DNA from: an uncultured Acidimicrobiaceae bacterium
GTDB lineage: Bacteria; Actinomycetota; Acidimicrobiia; Acidimicrobiales; Palsa-688
Assembly: GCA_963750465.1 (NCBI GenBank)
Contig: CAVVRE010000007.1
Location: 21,818 to 85,817, forward strand
Reading direction: 5' to 3'
Length of the DNA stretch: 64,000 nt
Shown: positions 53,375-63,245 of the stretch, piece by piece
Layout: every line of letters begins with the position of its first letter
How positions within the stretch are numbered: the first letter of the stretch is position 1
Translations under genes and position numbers: made by a program
The notes under the pieces: model-generated
The model's input: the letters and a program-made list of their open reading frames with translations, nothing else
Told to the model about the DNA's origin: nothing
Database searches by the model: none

Positions 53375-54757
53375 ATGGCCGTCGTAACAATGCGGCAGCT
53401 TTTAGAGGCGGGAGTCCATTTCGGGCACCAGACAAGGCGCTGGAACCCGAAGATGAAGCGCTTTATCTTTGGCGAGCGCAATGGCATTTACATAATTGAC
53501 CTGAACCAGACGCTGCAACGCGTCGATGTTGCCTATTCGTTTGTGAGGGACCTGGTCGCCAACGGCGGCAGCGTGCTTTTCATTGGCACGAAGAAGCAAT
53601 CTCAAGACCCCATAGCCCGTTCGGCGCAGCTATGCGGGATGCCGTTTGTCAACGAGCGTTGGCTAGGCGGGATGCTCACGAACTTCTCGACCATCGCGTT
53701 GCGCGTGAAGAAGATGCAAGAGTACGAGCGAATGCGGTCGGCCGGCGATTTTGAAGCAATGCCGAAAAAAGAGGCGCTGATACTCACCCGGGAGCTGGAG
53801 AAGCTCGAGCGCAACCTCGGCGGCATACGCGACATGAACCGCCTGCCCGAGGCGGTCTTCATTATCGACATCAAGAAAGAGCACATCGCCGTATCGGAAG
53901 CCAACAAGATGGGCATCCCGATCGTGGCCGTCGTCGACACCAACTGCGACCCCGATCTGGTCCAGTACCCGATCCCCGGCAACGACGATGCCATCCGCAG
54001 CGGCACCTTGATGTGCCGGGTGATCCAGGAGGGGGTCGAGGAGGGGCAGTTCGTGGCCTCCAGGCGGGGTACCGGTTCCGGCCCGGCTGCGGGTGGTCCG
54101 GCGTGGCCCGCCTTCGAGCCGCCACCGGCCGTGACGCAGCCGGCCCGCAGTTTCGCGCCCCCGCCGGCGAGGCCGGCTCCCACCGGGCCAGCCCAATCGG
54201 GCGCGGCCCAGTCCGGCGCGGCCCAATCCGGCGCGGCGCAAACCGGCGCGGCCCAAACCGAGGAACCTCAGACCGAGGCCACCCAGTACGCCTCCGCGCC
54301 AGCCGTCAGTGGACCGCCGCCCGAACCGGTAGCTGCTACGCCGCGCCCTGAGGCTGGGCGAGTGGAGGTGTTCGAAGCCCCCGCAGGCGGAGCGGAGCCG
54401 GAAACAGCTGCGGCAGCGCCAGCGCCGGCGGCAACAGCTCCGGCGGCAACAGCTCCGGCCGCAACAGCTCCGGCAACGTCAGCGCCGGCCCCAGCAGCTC
54501 CGGTAGCGCCAGCGCCGGCCGCCCCAGCGGAACCTGCCGTCCAGCCTGCGCCGGCCACGCCGAGAGCGCCATCAGCGACGGAAGCGGCCGACGCCGCATA
54601 CGCGACACCAGGGGCGGAAGACCAACCAACCGCGACCACCGCCGCCGACGAGGCAACACCGGCCGGCACCGGCCGTGACCCCTCCGCGACCACCGCAGCC
54701 ACCGTGGGCCCAGAGGGCGCAGCCGAAGTCGCGGCAACGCCAGAAAACTACAGTTAG
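53375..54757 (+). CDS. rpsB: 30S ribosomal protein S2 with a ~200-aa Ala/Pro/Gln-rich low-complexity C-terminal extension encoded by in-frame 15-bp tandem repeats
   Basis: '[27 protein letters not shown]' after GGAGAGGAG RBS. The tail contains '[23 protein letters not shown]' and '[16 protein letters not shown]'. Confidence 0.9.
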   Translation: MAVVTMRQLLEAGVHFGHQTRRWNPKMKRFIFGERNGIYIIDLNQTLQRVDVAYSFVRDLVANGGSVLFIGTKKQSQDPIARSAQLCGMPFVNERWLGGMLTNFSTIALRVKKMQEYERMRSAGDFEAMPKKEALILTRELEKLERNLGGIRDMNRLPEAVFIIDIKKEHIAVSEANKMGIPIVAVVDTNCDPDLVQYPIPGNDDAIRSGTLMCRVIQEGVEEGQFVASRRGTGSGPAAGGPAWPAFEPPPAVTQPARSFAPPPARPAPTGPAQSGAAQSGAAQSGAAQTGAAQTEEPQTEATQYASAPAVSGPPPEPVAATPRPEAGRVEVFEAPAGGAEPETAAAAPAPAATAPAATAPAATAPATSAPAPAAPVAPAPAAPAEPAVQPAPATPRAPSATEAADAAYATPGAEDQPTATTAADEATPAGTGRDPSATTAATVGPEGAAEVAATPENYS

Positions 54758-54768
54758 GAGCGCTAACC

Positions 54769-55578
54769 ATGGCAGAGTTCACCGCCAAGGATGTCCAGGG
54801 CCTTCGCAACGCGACCGGGGCGGGCATGCTGGACGCCAAGCGGGCATTGACTGAATCGAACGGCAACCGCGAGGAGGCCGTGAAATGGCTGCGCGAGCGG
54901 GGCCTTGGCAAGGCGGCCGAGCGCGCCGGGCGCGAAAGCCAGGAAGGCGCGGTGGCGGTTTCGTCCGACTCCGGCCAGAACGCCATCGCCCTCGTCCAAC
55001 TGCGTTCCGAGACCGACTTCGGGGCCAAGAGCCCTGACTTTGTCAACCTGGCCAACGACTTGGCCGCCCTCGTGGCCAGCGACGGCGAGGAAGCGGTCGA
55101 CCAGCGCAAGGCGGCCATCGAGGATCTGAACATCTCCCTCAAGGAGAATGTCCAACTGGGCGAGATCGTGCGCTTCGAGGCCGCCCCCGGCAATGTGCTC
55201 GGCTCGTACTTGCACGTCCAGAACGACCGCGGCGTCAACGGTGTCATCGTCGAGTTGAAGGACGCCACCACCGAGCTGGCCCACGACATCGCCGTCCACA
55301 TCGCCTTCGGCCGGCCCAAGTACCTGCGCCGTGAGGACATACCGGCCGAAGAGGTCGAGGCCGAGCGGACCACCCTGGAGGCCGAGAGCCGCCGGGAAGG
55401 CAAGCCCGAAACGGCTATCGCCAAGATCACCGAGGGCAAGCTCTCGGGTTGGTACAAGCGCGTGCCGGGTGGGGTGCTGCTGGAACAGCCCTACGCCAAG
55501 GATGATAAGCAGACGGTGGCCCAGACACTGGGTAAGGCGCAGATCGTGCGGTTCGCCCAGGTAGTGATAGGTGGGTGA
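54769..55578 (+). CDS. tsf: Elongation factor Ts
   Basis: 'DVQGLRNATGAGMLDAKRAL'. Confidence 0.9.
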   Translation: MAEFTAKDVQGLRNATGAGMLDAKRALTESNGNREEAVKWLRERGLGKAAERAGRESQEGAVAVSSDSGQNAIALVQLRSETDFGAKSPDFVNLANDLAALVASDGEEAVDQRKAAIEDLNISLKENVQLGEIVRFEAAPGNVLGSYLHVQNDRGVNGVIVELKDATTELAHDIAVHIAFGRPKYLRREDIPAEEVEAERTTLEAESRREGKPETAIAKITEGKLSGWYKRVPGGVLLEQPYAKDDKQTVAQTLGKAQIVRFAQVVIGG

Positions 55579-56308
55579 TGGCCGGCCGGTAGCACCGTGG
55601 AAACGCGTCGTCCTCAAGATCTCGGGGGAAGCCCTGGCCAGCGGGGCAGCCGACGAAGTCATCAACGGCCCTATCGTCGAGCGGTTGGCCAGGGAGATCG
55701 CTGAGGCACATTCGCAACTCGGGACCGAGATCGCTGTCGTCATCGGGGGCGGCAACATCTGGCGAGGGGCAACCGGTTCGGCGACCGGCATGGACCGGGC
55801 TACAGCGGACTACATGGGCATGCTGGCTACCGTCATCAACGCCCTCGCCGTGCGCGACGCCCTGGAACGGGCGGGCCAGCCGACCCGCGTGCAGACCGCC
55901 ATCGGCATGTCGGAGTTGGCCGAACCGTACATCAGGGGCCGGGCCATGCGGCATCTGGAAAAGGGCCGGGTCGTCATTTTCGCGGCCGGGACAGGTAACC
56001 CCTTTTTCACGACCGACACGGCCGGCGCGCTGAGAGCGGTCGAGATCGGGGCCGAGGTGCTCTTGAAAGGGACCCACGGCGGCGCCGACGCCCTGTACAC
56101 GGCCGACCCAAGGCTCCACCCGACGGCCGAGCCCATCTCGGAGATCAGCTATGACGAGGTGATCGGCCGGGACCTCCGGGCCATGGACCTGACGGCGATC
56201 ACCCTTTGCAAAGAGAATTCGCTGCCCATCCTCTATTTCAGCATCATGCAGGAAGGCAACCTGCGGAGTGCGCTCGAAGGTGAACAGATAGGTACGCTTA
56301 TCCACTGA
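55571..56308 (+). CDS. pyrH: UMP kinase
   Basis: 'RVVLKISGEAL...VIGGGNIWRG'. Its TGA stop (56306-56308) is the last 3 nt of the left direct repeat. Confidence 0.9.
   Translation: MGDGRPVAPWKRVVLKISGEALASGAADEVINGPIVERLAREIAEAHSQLGTEIAVVIGGGNIWRGATGSATGMDRATADYMGMLATVINALAVRDALERAGQPTRVQTAIGMSELAEPYIRGRAMRHLEKGRVVIFAAGTGNPFFTTDTAGALRAVEIGAEVLLKGTHGGADALYTADPRLHPTAEPISEISYDEVIGRDLRAMDLTAITLCKENSLPILYFSIMQEGNLRSALEGEQIGTLIH
56291..56308. repeat. Left copy of the 18-bp perfect direct repeat GGTACGCTTATCCACTGA (attL-like) at the pyrH 3' end
   Basis: Identical to 63246-63263. Confidence 0.85.
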
Positions 56309-56362
56309 GCAGCCGTCAGACAGAAAACGGCCCTACCAGGAGAAACAGGCCGTTTTGAGGGG

Positions 56363-56644
56363 TTGACCGGACAGCACAGCGTGAGGGTACGGACGCTGCG
56401 TAACGCGGTCGTGGAGCAGGGGCAGGGGCGGGAGGACGAGCTAGAGAAGGAACTCGAAGCAAATCCCGCCACCAGGGAGGCCTATGAAAAGGCTGCGGCC
56501 GACGACGATCCTTCGGTAGCCCCGGCCCTGGCCGGTGACGGCATCGACTTGATAACCAACATCGTGCCGGCGGCCGAATTGGTGGAGGCGATCGTGAGCC
56601 AAGCGGAAAGGGCGCTGTCGACGGCGGGTCGACCGCTGTCCTGA
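56363..56644 (+). CDS. Hypothetical small acidic protein (TTG/GTG start) at the left edge of the islet
   Basis: ORF only. No recognisable domain. Confidence 0.25.
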   Translation: MTGQHSVRVRTLRNAVVEQGQGREDELEKELEANPATREAYEKAAADDDPSVAPALAGDGIDLITNIVPAAELVEAIVSQAERALSTAGRPLS

Positions 56645-56758
56645 TACCTCCCGACGATTTTCAGATGCTCCTAGGGCAACCTAGTGGTGTCGCTGACTTG
56701 CGGTTTGTGAAGGCACGTCGCGGCCCGAAGCCAAGCCGCGACTCCGTGCTGTCCTCAG

Positions 56759-57187
56759 TTATGGACCCGTCCGTGGACCTCGGTCTGTCTGGGCGTCGAT
56801 GAGTTCGGAGCGAAGCAATCGGATTTCGTCGATCAGTTCCCGGATCACCCTTGCCCGCATCGTCTTCTCGCCCCCGAAACCCTCAGCGTCGTAGAGCAAG
56901 GCGAGCCTCTCATGAGTCAGCCCGCTCGGTGCGTGGCTCGGACGTATGTTCCGAACCCGGTCTTCGTCAAGTGGCAGGCGCCTTATGGTCGGGCCGGGCC
57001 ACTGCGCCCAGAGCCGGAGCGCCGTTACGACGGGCACACTGTAACGGTCATGCCGCCACTCACGGAAAACCAAGGGCCGCTCAACGCACCAGCGCAGGTT
57101 CCCGTTCGCCCGATATGCCCGAACTTCATTGGTCGTACATAGCGGTCCGCTACGGTCTCGGAGAGCCACCCGGAAGGAGCCAATCAT
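56759..57187 (-). CDS. Hypothetical ORF ('...WRHDRYSVPVVTALRLWAQW...LTHERLALLYDAEGFGGEKTMRARVIRELIDEIRLLRSEL'). Its only plausible ATG overlaps the ATG of the divergent beta-helix gene (CATG), and GC3 is low. Doubtful
   Basis: ORF analysis only. Confidence 0.2.
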   Translation of the reverse strand: MIGSFRVALRDRSGPLCTTNEVRAYRANGNLRWCVERPLVFREWRHDRYSVPVVTALRLWAQWPGPTIRRLPLDEDRVRNIRPSHAPSGLTHERLALLYDAEGFGGEKTMRARVIRELIDEIRLLRSELIDAQTDRGPRTGP

Positions 57188-58655
57188 GAAGATTGCTGCG
57201 CTACTCAAGCTCGCGTCCGGTACGAGCGTCGCCCTTGTCGGTCTCAGTGTTGGGACACCCATGACGGCGTACGCAGCCCCTGCGAGGGCCAACGTCCCGT
57301 GCACTGGGCAGACCGCCTTGAGAACCGCAATAGATGCCGCGAATGCCGCCGGGGGCGGGACGATCAACCTGTCCCCCGGTTGCGACTACCCACTGACCGT
57401 GCCTGACAATGGCGAGAACGGCCTACCGGTGATCATGACTGGCATAGCCGTGAACGGTAACGGTGCCACGGTCAGCGGGACAGGCGCTGTCCGGGTCTTC
57501 GAGGTTGATGGCCCCGGCGGGAACCTATCGCTTCAAAACCTGACGATCACCGGCGGGTCGGCTGGCATCGGGGGTGGCATTGAAAACTTCGGGGGCACTG
57601 TGACCCTCAACCACAGCCAGGTGACCGCCAACACGGCCACTCAGGCCGGCGGCGGCATCGCCAGCGCCACCTTTGACCCGAGCAGCGTCGCCAAGCTCAC
57701 CCTCAATAACAGCCAGGTGGGCGGCAACAGCCAGACCGACCTGTCCATAGACCTCGGCGGTGATGGCGTCGGAGGGGGCGGCATTGTCAACGTGCTCGGC
57801 ACCCTGACGCTGAACGGCAGCCAGGTGAACGGGAACTCGGCCATGGGCTTTGCCGGTGGAGGGGTCGCCAACGGCGACTACCTGAACTTCTCCGGCACCA
57901 CAAGCGTGGCCACCTTCAACAACAGCCAGGTGGACGACAACACCGCACCTCACGCCGGCGGTGGTGGTGGCATCCAGAACCTGTTGGGCTCGCTCACGCT
58001 CAACAGCAGCGAGGTCGACGGCAACACCGCCCCCAACGGGGCGGGGATTTCCAGCGGCAACGGCAACGGCGGCACGCCGCCCGGCACCGCCCAACTCGTC
58101 CTGAGCAAGAGCCAGGTGGACGGCAACACCGCTACTGCCCTTCCGGGCCAAGGCGGCCCGCCCATTGCCGCCGGTGGCATCGCCAACGGCAGCAACGCCG
58201 TCATCAACAACAGCGAGATTGACAACAACGTGGCCCAGCACACTAGTGGGGCCGGCATCGTCAACCACGGGTCGATGACGCTCAACAAGTCGGAGGTGAA
58301 CGGCAACAACGCGGCTGGGAGCGGGCTCGTCGCATCGGGCGGCGGGATCGTCAACGCTCAGGGGGAACCCGGCGCGGTCAACACCGGCATCCTCACGCTC
58401 AATAACAGCCTGGTGAACAGCAACCGAGCCGGCGGTGACGGGGGTGGCATCGCCAACGGCATCCCCCTTGGCGGCCCCATGCCGTTGATCGGGGGTCCTG
58501 TCACGCTCAACCACAGCCAAGTCAACGGCAACTCAGCCGCCGATGGCGGAGGCATCTTCAACTTCGGCGGGACGGTGGCCCTCGCGACGACATCTATCAC
58601 CGGCAACAATCCCAACAACTGCGCCCCAGGGACCATCGCCGGCTGCGTCGGCTAG
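57186..58655 (+). CDS. Secreted right-handed parallel beta-helix repeat protein (Pmp/PbH1-like ~22-aa repeats 'GGGI.N.G.LTLN.SQV.GN.A')
   Basis: GGAAGGAG RBS, signal peptide 'MKIAALLKLASGTSVALVGLSVGTPMTAYAAP', and at least 15 imperfect repeats. Confidence 0.8.
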   Translation: MKIAALLKLASGTSVALVGLSVGTPMTAYAAPARANVPCTGQTALRTAIDAANAAGGGTINLSPGCDYPLTVPDNGENGLPVIMTGIAVNGNGATVSGTGAVRVFEVDGPGGNLSLQNLTITGGSAGIGGGIENFGGTVTLNHSQVTANTATQAGGGIASATFDPSSVAKLTLNNSQVGGNSQTDLSIDLGGDGVGGGGIVNVLGTLTLNGSQVNGNSAMGFAGGGVANGDYLNFSGTTSVATFNNSQVDDNTAPHAGGGGGIQNLLGSLTLNSSEVDGNTAPNGAGISSGNGNGGTPPGTAQLVLSKSQVDGNTATALPGQGGPPIAAGGIANGSNAVINNSEIDNNVAQHTSGAGIVNHGSMTLNKSEVNGNNAAGSGLVASGGGIVNAQGEPGAVNTGILTLNNSLVNSNRAGGDGGGIANGIPLGGPMPLIGGPVTLNHSQVNGNSAADGGGIFNFGGTVALATTSITGNNPNNCAPGTIAGCVG

Positions 58656-58665
58656 GGATGGCGGA

Positions 58666-58698
58666 CTAAGGAGGCGGCCGGTGAGGCCGCCTCCTTAG
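58666..58698. terminator. Perfect 14-bp stem / 5-nt loop hairpin (CTAAGGAGGCGGCC-GGTGA-GGCCGCCTCCTTAG) 10 nt after the beta-helix gene stop. Likely an intrinsic terminator, with only a weak U-tract
   Basis: Read directly. The arms are exact reverse complements. Confidence 0.6.
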
Positions 58699-59043
58699 TC
58701 AGTTTCAAAGACTACGAGCGCCAACCTGCGCTCTCTGTTTGGCGTTCTCGTTGTCCAGGCTTCGTGGTCGGGCTAAGGCAGTCGAGACGATGAGCCCGAA
58801 ACTCTCGAACTCAGCCGGAACCCGAAACGCGAGCGAACCGGTAGCGTTTGCCCGAATCCGCGACCAATACAAACACGAATTGTTAGCAGGAGCGCTTGGA
58901 ACGAGATTAGCCACCCACCCAAAGGGCGTATAACCCGAGTCAGCGGGGCTGGGTCGGCGGCAGCGGCCGATATCCCTGCTCCTGGGCACCAGGTGGTTCA
59001 TATGAGCCGGTCCTGCGTCTCGTGCCCAACATGCAGCTAGGGT

Positions 59044-59835
59044 ATGGCGGTGCACGGGGCCGCCTTGTATGGCGTCGCGTTCGCGGCGGCGCTGGTCATT
59101 TCGGCAGTGGCGAGCCCGGCTGGCGTTTCGGGGGCCGTACTGTTGTTACCCTTCCAAGTCTCAGTCCTTGGGACGCCGAGTCCATCCGTCACCCCGACGA
59201 ACCTCCTCTACAACGTCGTCGCCGTCCCTGGTGCTTTGTTCCGGTACTGGCGGCAAGGCCAAACCGGGGGCCGCCTCACGGCCCTCCTCTTGGCAGGGAC
59301 TATCCCCGGAGTCATCGTCGGCTCGGTGGTACGCGTCCAGCTACTGCCAGGCCTAGAGGAGTTCGAGGTGGTGATAGCGACGGTTTTGATCCCTCTTGGG
59401 TCGTGGCTGGCAATTCGTCCCAGTTCTGGCTCATCCGCCCAAGGGTTGGCCCTGTCAGGGGTCACAATGGCAGCGCTGGCGGCTGTCGTGGGCGTTATTG
59501 GCGGGATCTACGGCATTGGAGGAGGATCCATCCTTGCCCCCCTGATCGTCGGGGCGGGGCGTTCCCCGAAGACCGTGGCACCCGCGACGTTGGCTTCAAC
59601 ATTTGTCACCTCCATCGTCGGCGTGGCCACCTTCATTATTTTGTCGGCCGACCACCACGGTTCCATTGCCCCCGACTGGGGTATCGGCATCGCGCTAGGG
59701 CTCGGTGGCCTTCTGGGCGGCTATCTCGGCGCTCGTGCACAACCGTACTTGCCTGATCCGGTCATCAGGCGCGCCCTCGGCATTCTCGTCATCGCCATAG
59801 GCCTTCGCTACGCCTATCTCGCGGAAAAAACATAA
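59044..59835 (+). CDS. TauE/SafE-family (DUF81) membrane exporter, preceded by a ~340-nt leader
   Basis: Two halves with 'GAVLLLPFQVSVLG' and 'GIGGGSILAPLIVGAG' motifs. About 8 TM segments. Confidence 0.8.
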   Translation: MAVHGAALYGVAFAAALVISAVASPAGVSGAVLLLPFQVSVLGTPSPSVTPTNLLYNVVAVPGALFRYWRQGQTGGRLTALLLAGTIPGVIVGSVVRVQLLPGLEEFEVVIATVLIPLGSWLAIRPSSGSSAQGLALSGVTMAALAAVVGVIGGIYGIGGGSILAPLIVGAGRSPKTVAPATLASTFVTSIVGVATFIILSADHHGSIAPDWGIGIALGLGGLLGGYLGARAQPYLPDPVIRRALGILVIAIGLRYAYLAEKT

Positions 59836-59899
59836 GGCGGCCGCGCCGTCCCGTCTACCTCGAGAGCAAAAACCCTTTGGTAGATGGGCCTTTCTGATA

Positions 59900-60400
59900 C
59901 TACGCCCGGTCACCGTTGCCTTACCGGCGGGGCCAGGAGAGCAGCGGCGCGTTCGGCGGTCTCCCTGTTCCAACTGTTCGACAACGTGCGAGTACCGGTC
60001 GGCGGTGATGCTCACACTGCTGTGGCCTAGCCGCTTGCTCATCGCCAGCAGGGGCACCCCGGCGGCGAGGCCAGCGGTGGCAGCCCCATGACGCAGCCCG
60101 TGGAACGAGATGACCGGCAGCCCGGCACGCCGGGCAGCCCCTGGAAGGACCTCAGGATGTAGTCGGGTGGAGGCCGCGACCGTCCTCGTAGGTGAAGAAA
60201 GAGCCACGGCGCCCTATGCGACTCGCGTTCCGTGGAGGCCATCACCTGTGCCCCGAACGACGACCGCCTGGCGTGCGGCGCGCGTCCGAACTGCAAACCA
60301 CTTGCCTCGTTTGTTCTCACGTTCGCCGTGCCAGCCAGTGCCGGCCCGTCTCCATCAGTGACCAAAATCCCATTGGAAGACGGGCCTTTTCGGAACTAGC
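59900..60400 (-). pseudogene. Decayed tyrosine integrase. Only the catalytic C-terminal half remains, with a frameshift at ~60060 and a lost stop. The N-terminal domain is absent
   Basis: 'GLQFGRAPHARRSSFGAQV...APWLFLHLRGRSRPPPDYILRSFQGLPGV' (frame 1) then 'GLPVISFHGLRHGAATAGLAAGVPLLAMSKRLGHSSVSITADRYSHV' (frame 2). Confidence 0.6.
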
Positions 60401-61678
60401 TGATACCAGCCGTCACTGCGCAAAACGGCGAACGTGTTGAACGTCATCTCATGTGCGGCGCGGCCAGAACCGCTAACACGCCCTCCCCAACTGGAGTGCG
60501 AACCGTGAAACCTGGCTGGCGACCAGGTCTTACTGGAAACCGGCGAGCGAAGGTGACCACCCCGGATTGCGGCACTCTCCAGGCGCTGCAACGCGACCGA
60601 GTTCGTGCGCAGATGCAGCTCGTATGCTCTTCCCTGGCATATTGCGGCTGGATCTGCGACATGGTCGACCAGTGGCCGCCTTCGCTCGAGCGAACCAGAC
60701 ACACAACCTCCCGTGTCGACGCGACTTTCGACCTTTGACCGGGCGATGTGCCGACAGCACCGCCGGTTCGGCGTCTGTGCGTGCCTTCGGGCGTACCGCA
60801 TGTCGTGACTGGGGCGGGGAAATAAATCTTTCGCCGCGGGTGAGTCGGCGGCGGTCGCGCTGGACGTGGCTATGACCGCACTGGCTTCTCTGCACGCAAA
60901 CCCCGGCGGGTCATCCGCAATCGTGCCCGGCGCCACTGATGAGCCGGAATGCCGGGCCACCGGTATCGCCCAGGGCTCCCAGGGGTACCGGCCGCCTCAT
61001 GGCATGGTTTTGGAATTGTGCGAACTTCAGCGGGACCCTCGACAACGTTGAGGACCCGCGTTCTACGAGCCGGACCACCAACCGCTTCGTGACGGCCCAG
61101 TGGTCCGGCGAGTTGCTCGCCCCAGGTGATGCTCTCGCCCGCCTGCCCCACATGAAGCGCCCACCATGGCTCAGGAACACGGGCACGTAGCGTCGGCCTG
61201 CCAGTCGCGGAAAGGGGGCGTAGGCGCAAGAGGAGGTTATTGGCCATTCAGCCCGAGTTGGACAAGTCTCCCCGTAGTGATGGCGGGAGGGCCATTGTGC
61301 TGGCCGGGCTGTCCTGGGCCTAGGACCTGTGATGGCTTCCAGTGGCCTGGGGCCGAGGCACTTGCGTCCGCGACAACGCGCCCGGCGACGCCGAGGTCAG
61401 ACCGAGACGGGGCGCCTCAGGTTTCACGGACTTTCCCGTTAGTGACTTGAGATCGTTTGCCGCCTCGACCAAATCGCGTACCGGGCGTCGCCCGCCAGCG
61501 TCGCGGGACCAAATTGACCAGATCTCAACTCGTCCTTTTCCACGCGGCGTAGGAGACGGGGCGAGCGCAGCTTCGACAGGCTGAGGCTCTGCGCCTACCC
61601 GGGTCACAACCAAGCAGCATGACTTGTCGAAGCGGTGTGGAGTCGTTCGTGCCGTCATGGGGGACGCTGCGCTATGAG

Positions 61679-62019
61679 CTAGCGCCGCGATGCAGGGCGC
61701 GCGGCGCTGGACGTTGCAAGTAGGAGAAACACGGGCGGCTGCTCCTTTGCCGCGAACCCGGCCGGGATGGGCACCTGGCACTCGCAACAGACCCGGAACT
61801 CGTCACTGCTCTCTGCTGGCATCGCTCCCGGCAAGGGCGGTGAAATCGGTAGGTGCTCTTGACCGATTTCCGCCGACAAGGGCTCCGCTGGGGGCTCCAG
61901 GCGGGCCACCGCGCCGTTGCCACTCACGACTTCGTCCGAGTAGCCACGTGCCTTCATCACTTCGGTTCTAGTCATTGTGTCCCAGACCTGCTTGGGGTGG
62001 ACCACTGGATCTGTCATCT
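61679..62019 (-). CDS. Hypothetical small protein with a C-terminal 'RVCCECQVPIP' Cys cluster
   Basis: ATG-initiated 113-aa ORF in an otherwise ORF-poor 1.6-kb stretch of the islet. Confidence 0.3.
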
Positions 62020-62241
62020 TCGTCGCACGGAAGCGGCCTGGCAATGGGGCAGGGCGCAATGCCTCTCTCGGGACTCCCGTGCCGTGGTTATCTCCCACCT
62101 GCAAAAAGCCCATGTCAAGTGCAGCGCCACGGCGTCCCTAAGTGCGTTTAGTGTAGAAACGCACAACTTGGGTTAGAGCCCCAGCGGCGCGAACCCACGC
62201 CATCCATGCTTCGCCGAACCAAAACAGCGGGAGGTTCAGTC

Positions 62242-63105
62242 ATGACAAAGCGATTCGGTTCCCTCACCGCCGCAGCCGGCGTGCTGGCCATTGCGAGCGT
62301 GTTCGCTCTCCAGGGTGCCGCCCACGCCGACGGCTCACTACCCACGCTCACGGTGGCGCTGAAAGGCATCACCGGTGTCTCGGTGTCAGGCAGCATGGTC
62401 TCGGGAGCGGTCTCCATCACCGCAACCTTCACGGGCAAGGCGCCCCCGCCCGGGCCAAACAGCAACGGGCCGTCCTTCGGGATTGTCCACCTGAAACCGG
62501 GGGTAACGATCCAGCAAGCCGCGGGCGCCGTCAATGCCAGTGGGGGGGACCTCAACGCGTTGACCGCCTACGGCAGCCTCTTCGTATCTGGGTCGGCCCC
62601 GGCAACCGTGCAGACCGTCCTGACCCCCGGCAGTTATGTGGCCCTCAATGACACCGGGAACGGCCAACCTGGGTTCGCGCCGTTCACCGTGACCCAGTCC
62701 ACGTCGCCCGCGGCGCTGCCAGCGGCGGCCGCGACGCAAACGGCCATCGAGTTCGGCTTTCGGGGGCCCGCCGTGTTGCACGACGGGACGATGGTGCGGG
62801 CCCAGAACCACGGCTACCTCGTGCACATGATCTACCTGCTCCGGGCTCCTCATGAATGGACCGCTCTGCAGGTGATTGCTCTGCTCAGGACGGGCGAGGA
62901 CAACGAGGCGATTCAGCTGCTGGGCCCGAACACGGCGTTCATCGTCCTGCTAGGACCCGCCTCACCGGGAGCGATGCAGCAACAGGTGCTGAACGCCCCA
63001 CCCGGTTACTACGTCGAGGCCTGCTTCATGGACACCCAGGACGGTCGGGAGCACACCCAGCTCGGGATGGTGCGCCTGGTCCAAGTGGTGGTACCCGGAA
63101 GCTAG
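62242..63105 (+). CDS. Secreted hypothetical protein (signal peptide 'MTKRFGSLTAAAGVLAIASVFALQGAAHA')
   Basis: GGGAGG RBS and signal peptide. The body is beta-rich and Gly/Ser/Thr-rich. Confidence 0.6.
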   Translation: MTKRFGSLTAAAGVLAIASVFALQGAAHADGSLPTLTVALKGITGVSVSGSMVSGAVSITATFTGKAPPPGPNSNGPSFGIVHLKPGVTIQQAAGAVNASGGDLNALTAYGSLFVSGSAPATVQTVLTPGSYVALNDTGNGQPGFAPFTVTQSTSPAALPAAAATQTAIEFGFRGPAVLHDGTMVRAQNHGYLVHMIYLLRAPHEWTALQVIALLRTGEDNEAIQLLGPNTAFIVLLGPASPGAMQQQVLNAPPGYYVEACFMDTQDGREHTQLGMVRLVQVVVPGS

Positions 63106-63245
63106 CCCATACTTCGCTTTACAGTAGGGCGCAATGGCCGTCAGGCCATCCTGCGGGCCTTTCATCACACCAGATAAGGTTGCCGTTTGTGGTCCCTTCC
63201 GACCTGCGAACACCCTGGTCAAGTACAGCGCTCAGGCCGCGCTAC

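Larger units (their letters stand above)
56309..63245. mobile_element. ~6.9-kb integrated element or genomic islet inserted at the pyrH/frr junction. Bounded by 18-bp direct repeats, it has lower GC3 than the core, carries a decayed tyrosine integrase mid-element, and cargo of a beta-helix secreted protein, a TauE/SafE exporter, a secreted hypothetical and orphan ORFs
   Basis: Direct repeats flank the interval. The conserved rpsB-tsf-pyrH-frr operon is interrupted, and the right repeat restores the TGATG pyrH-stop/frr-start overlap. Confidence 0.75.

Noticed and set aside
58666-58698. AAGGAGG inside the terminator stem considered as a sequestered RBS or riboregulator
   Set aside because: The nearest downstream start is 340 nt away. 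The motif is probably coincidental in a palindromic stem.
59695-59899. Extension of the integrase-remnant ORF overlapping the TauE gene
   Set aside because: It is read-through after a lost stop. A true integrase would end ~10 aa after RYSHV.
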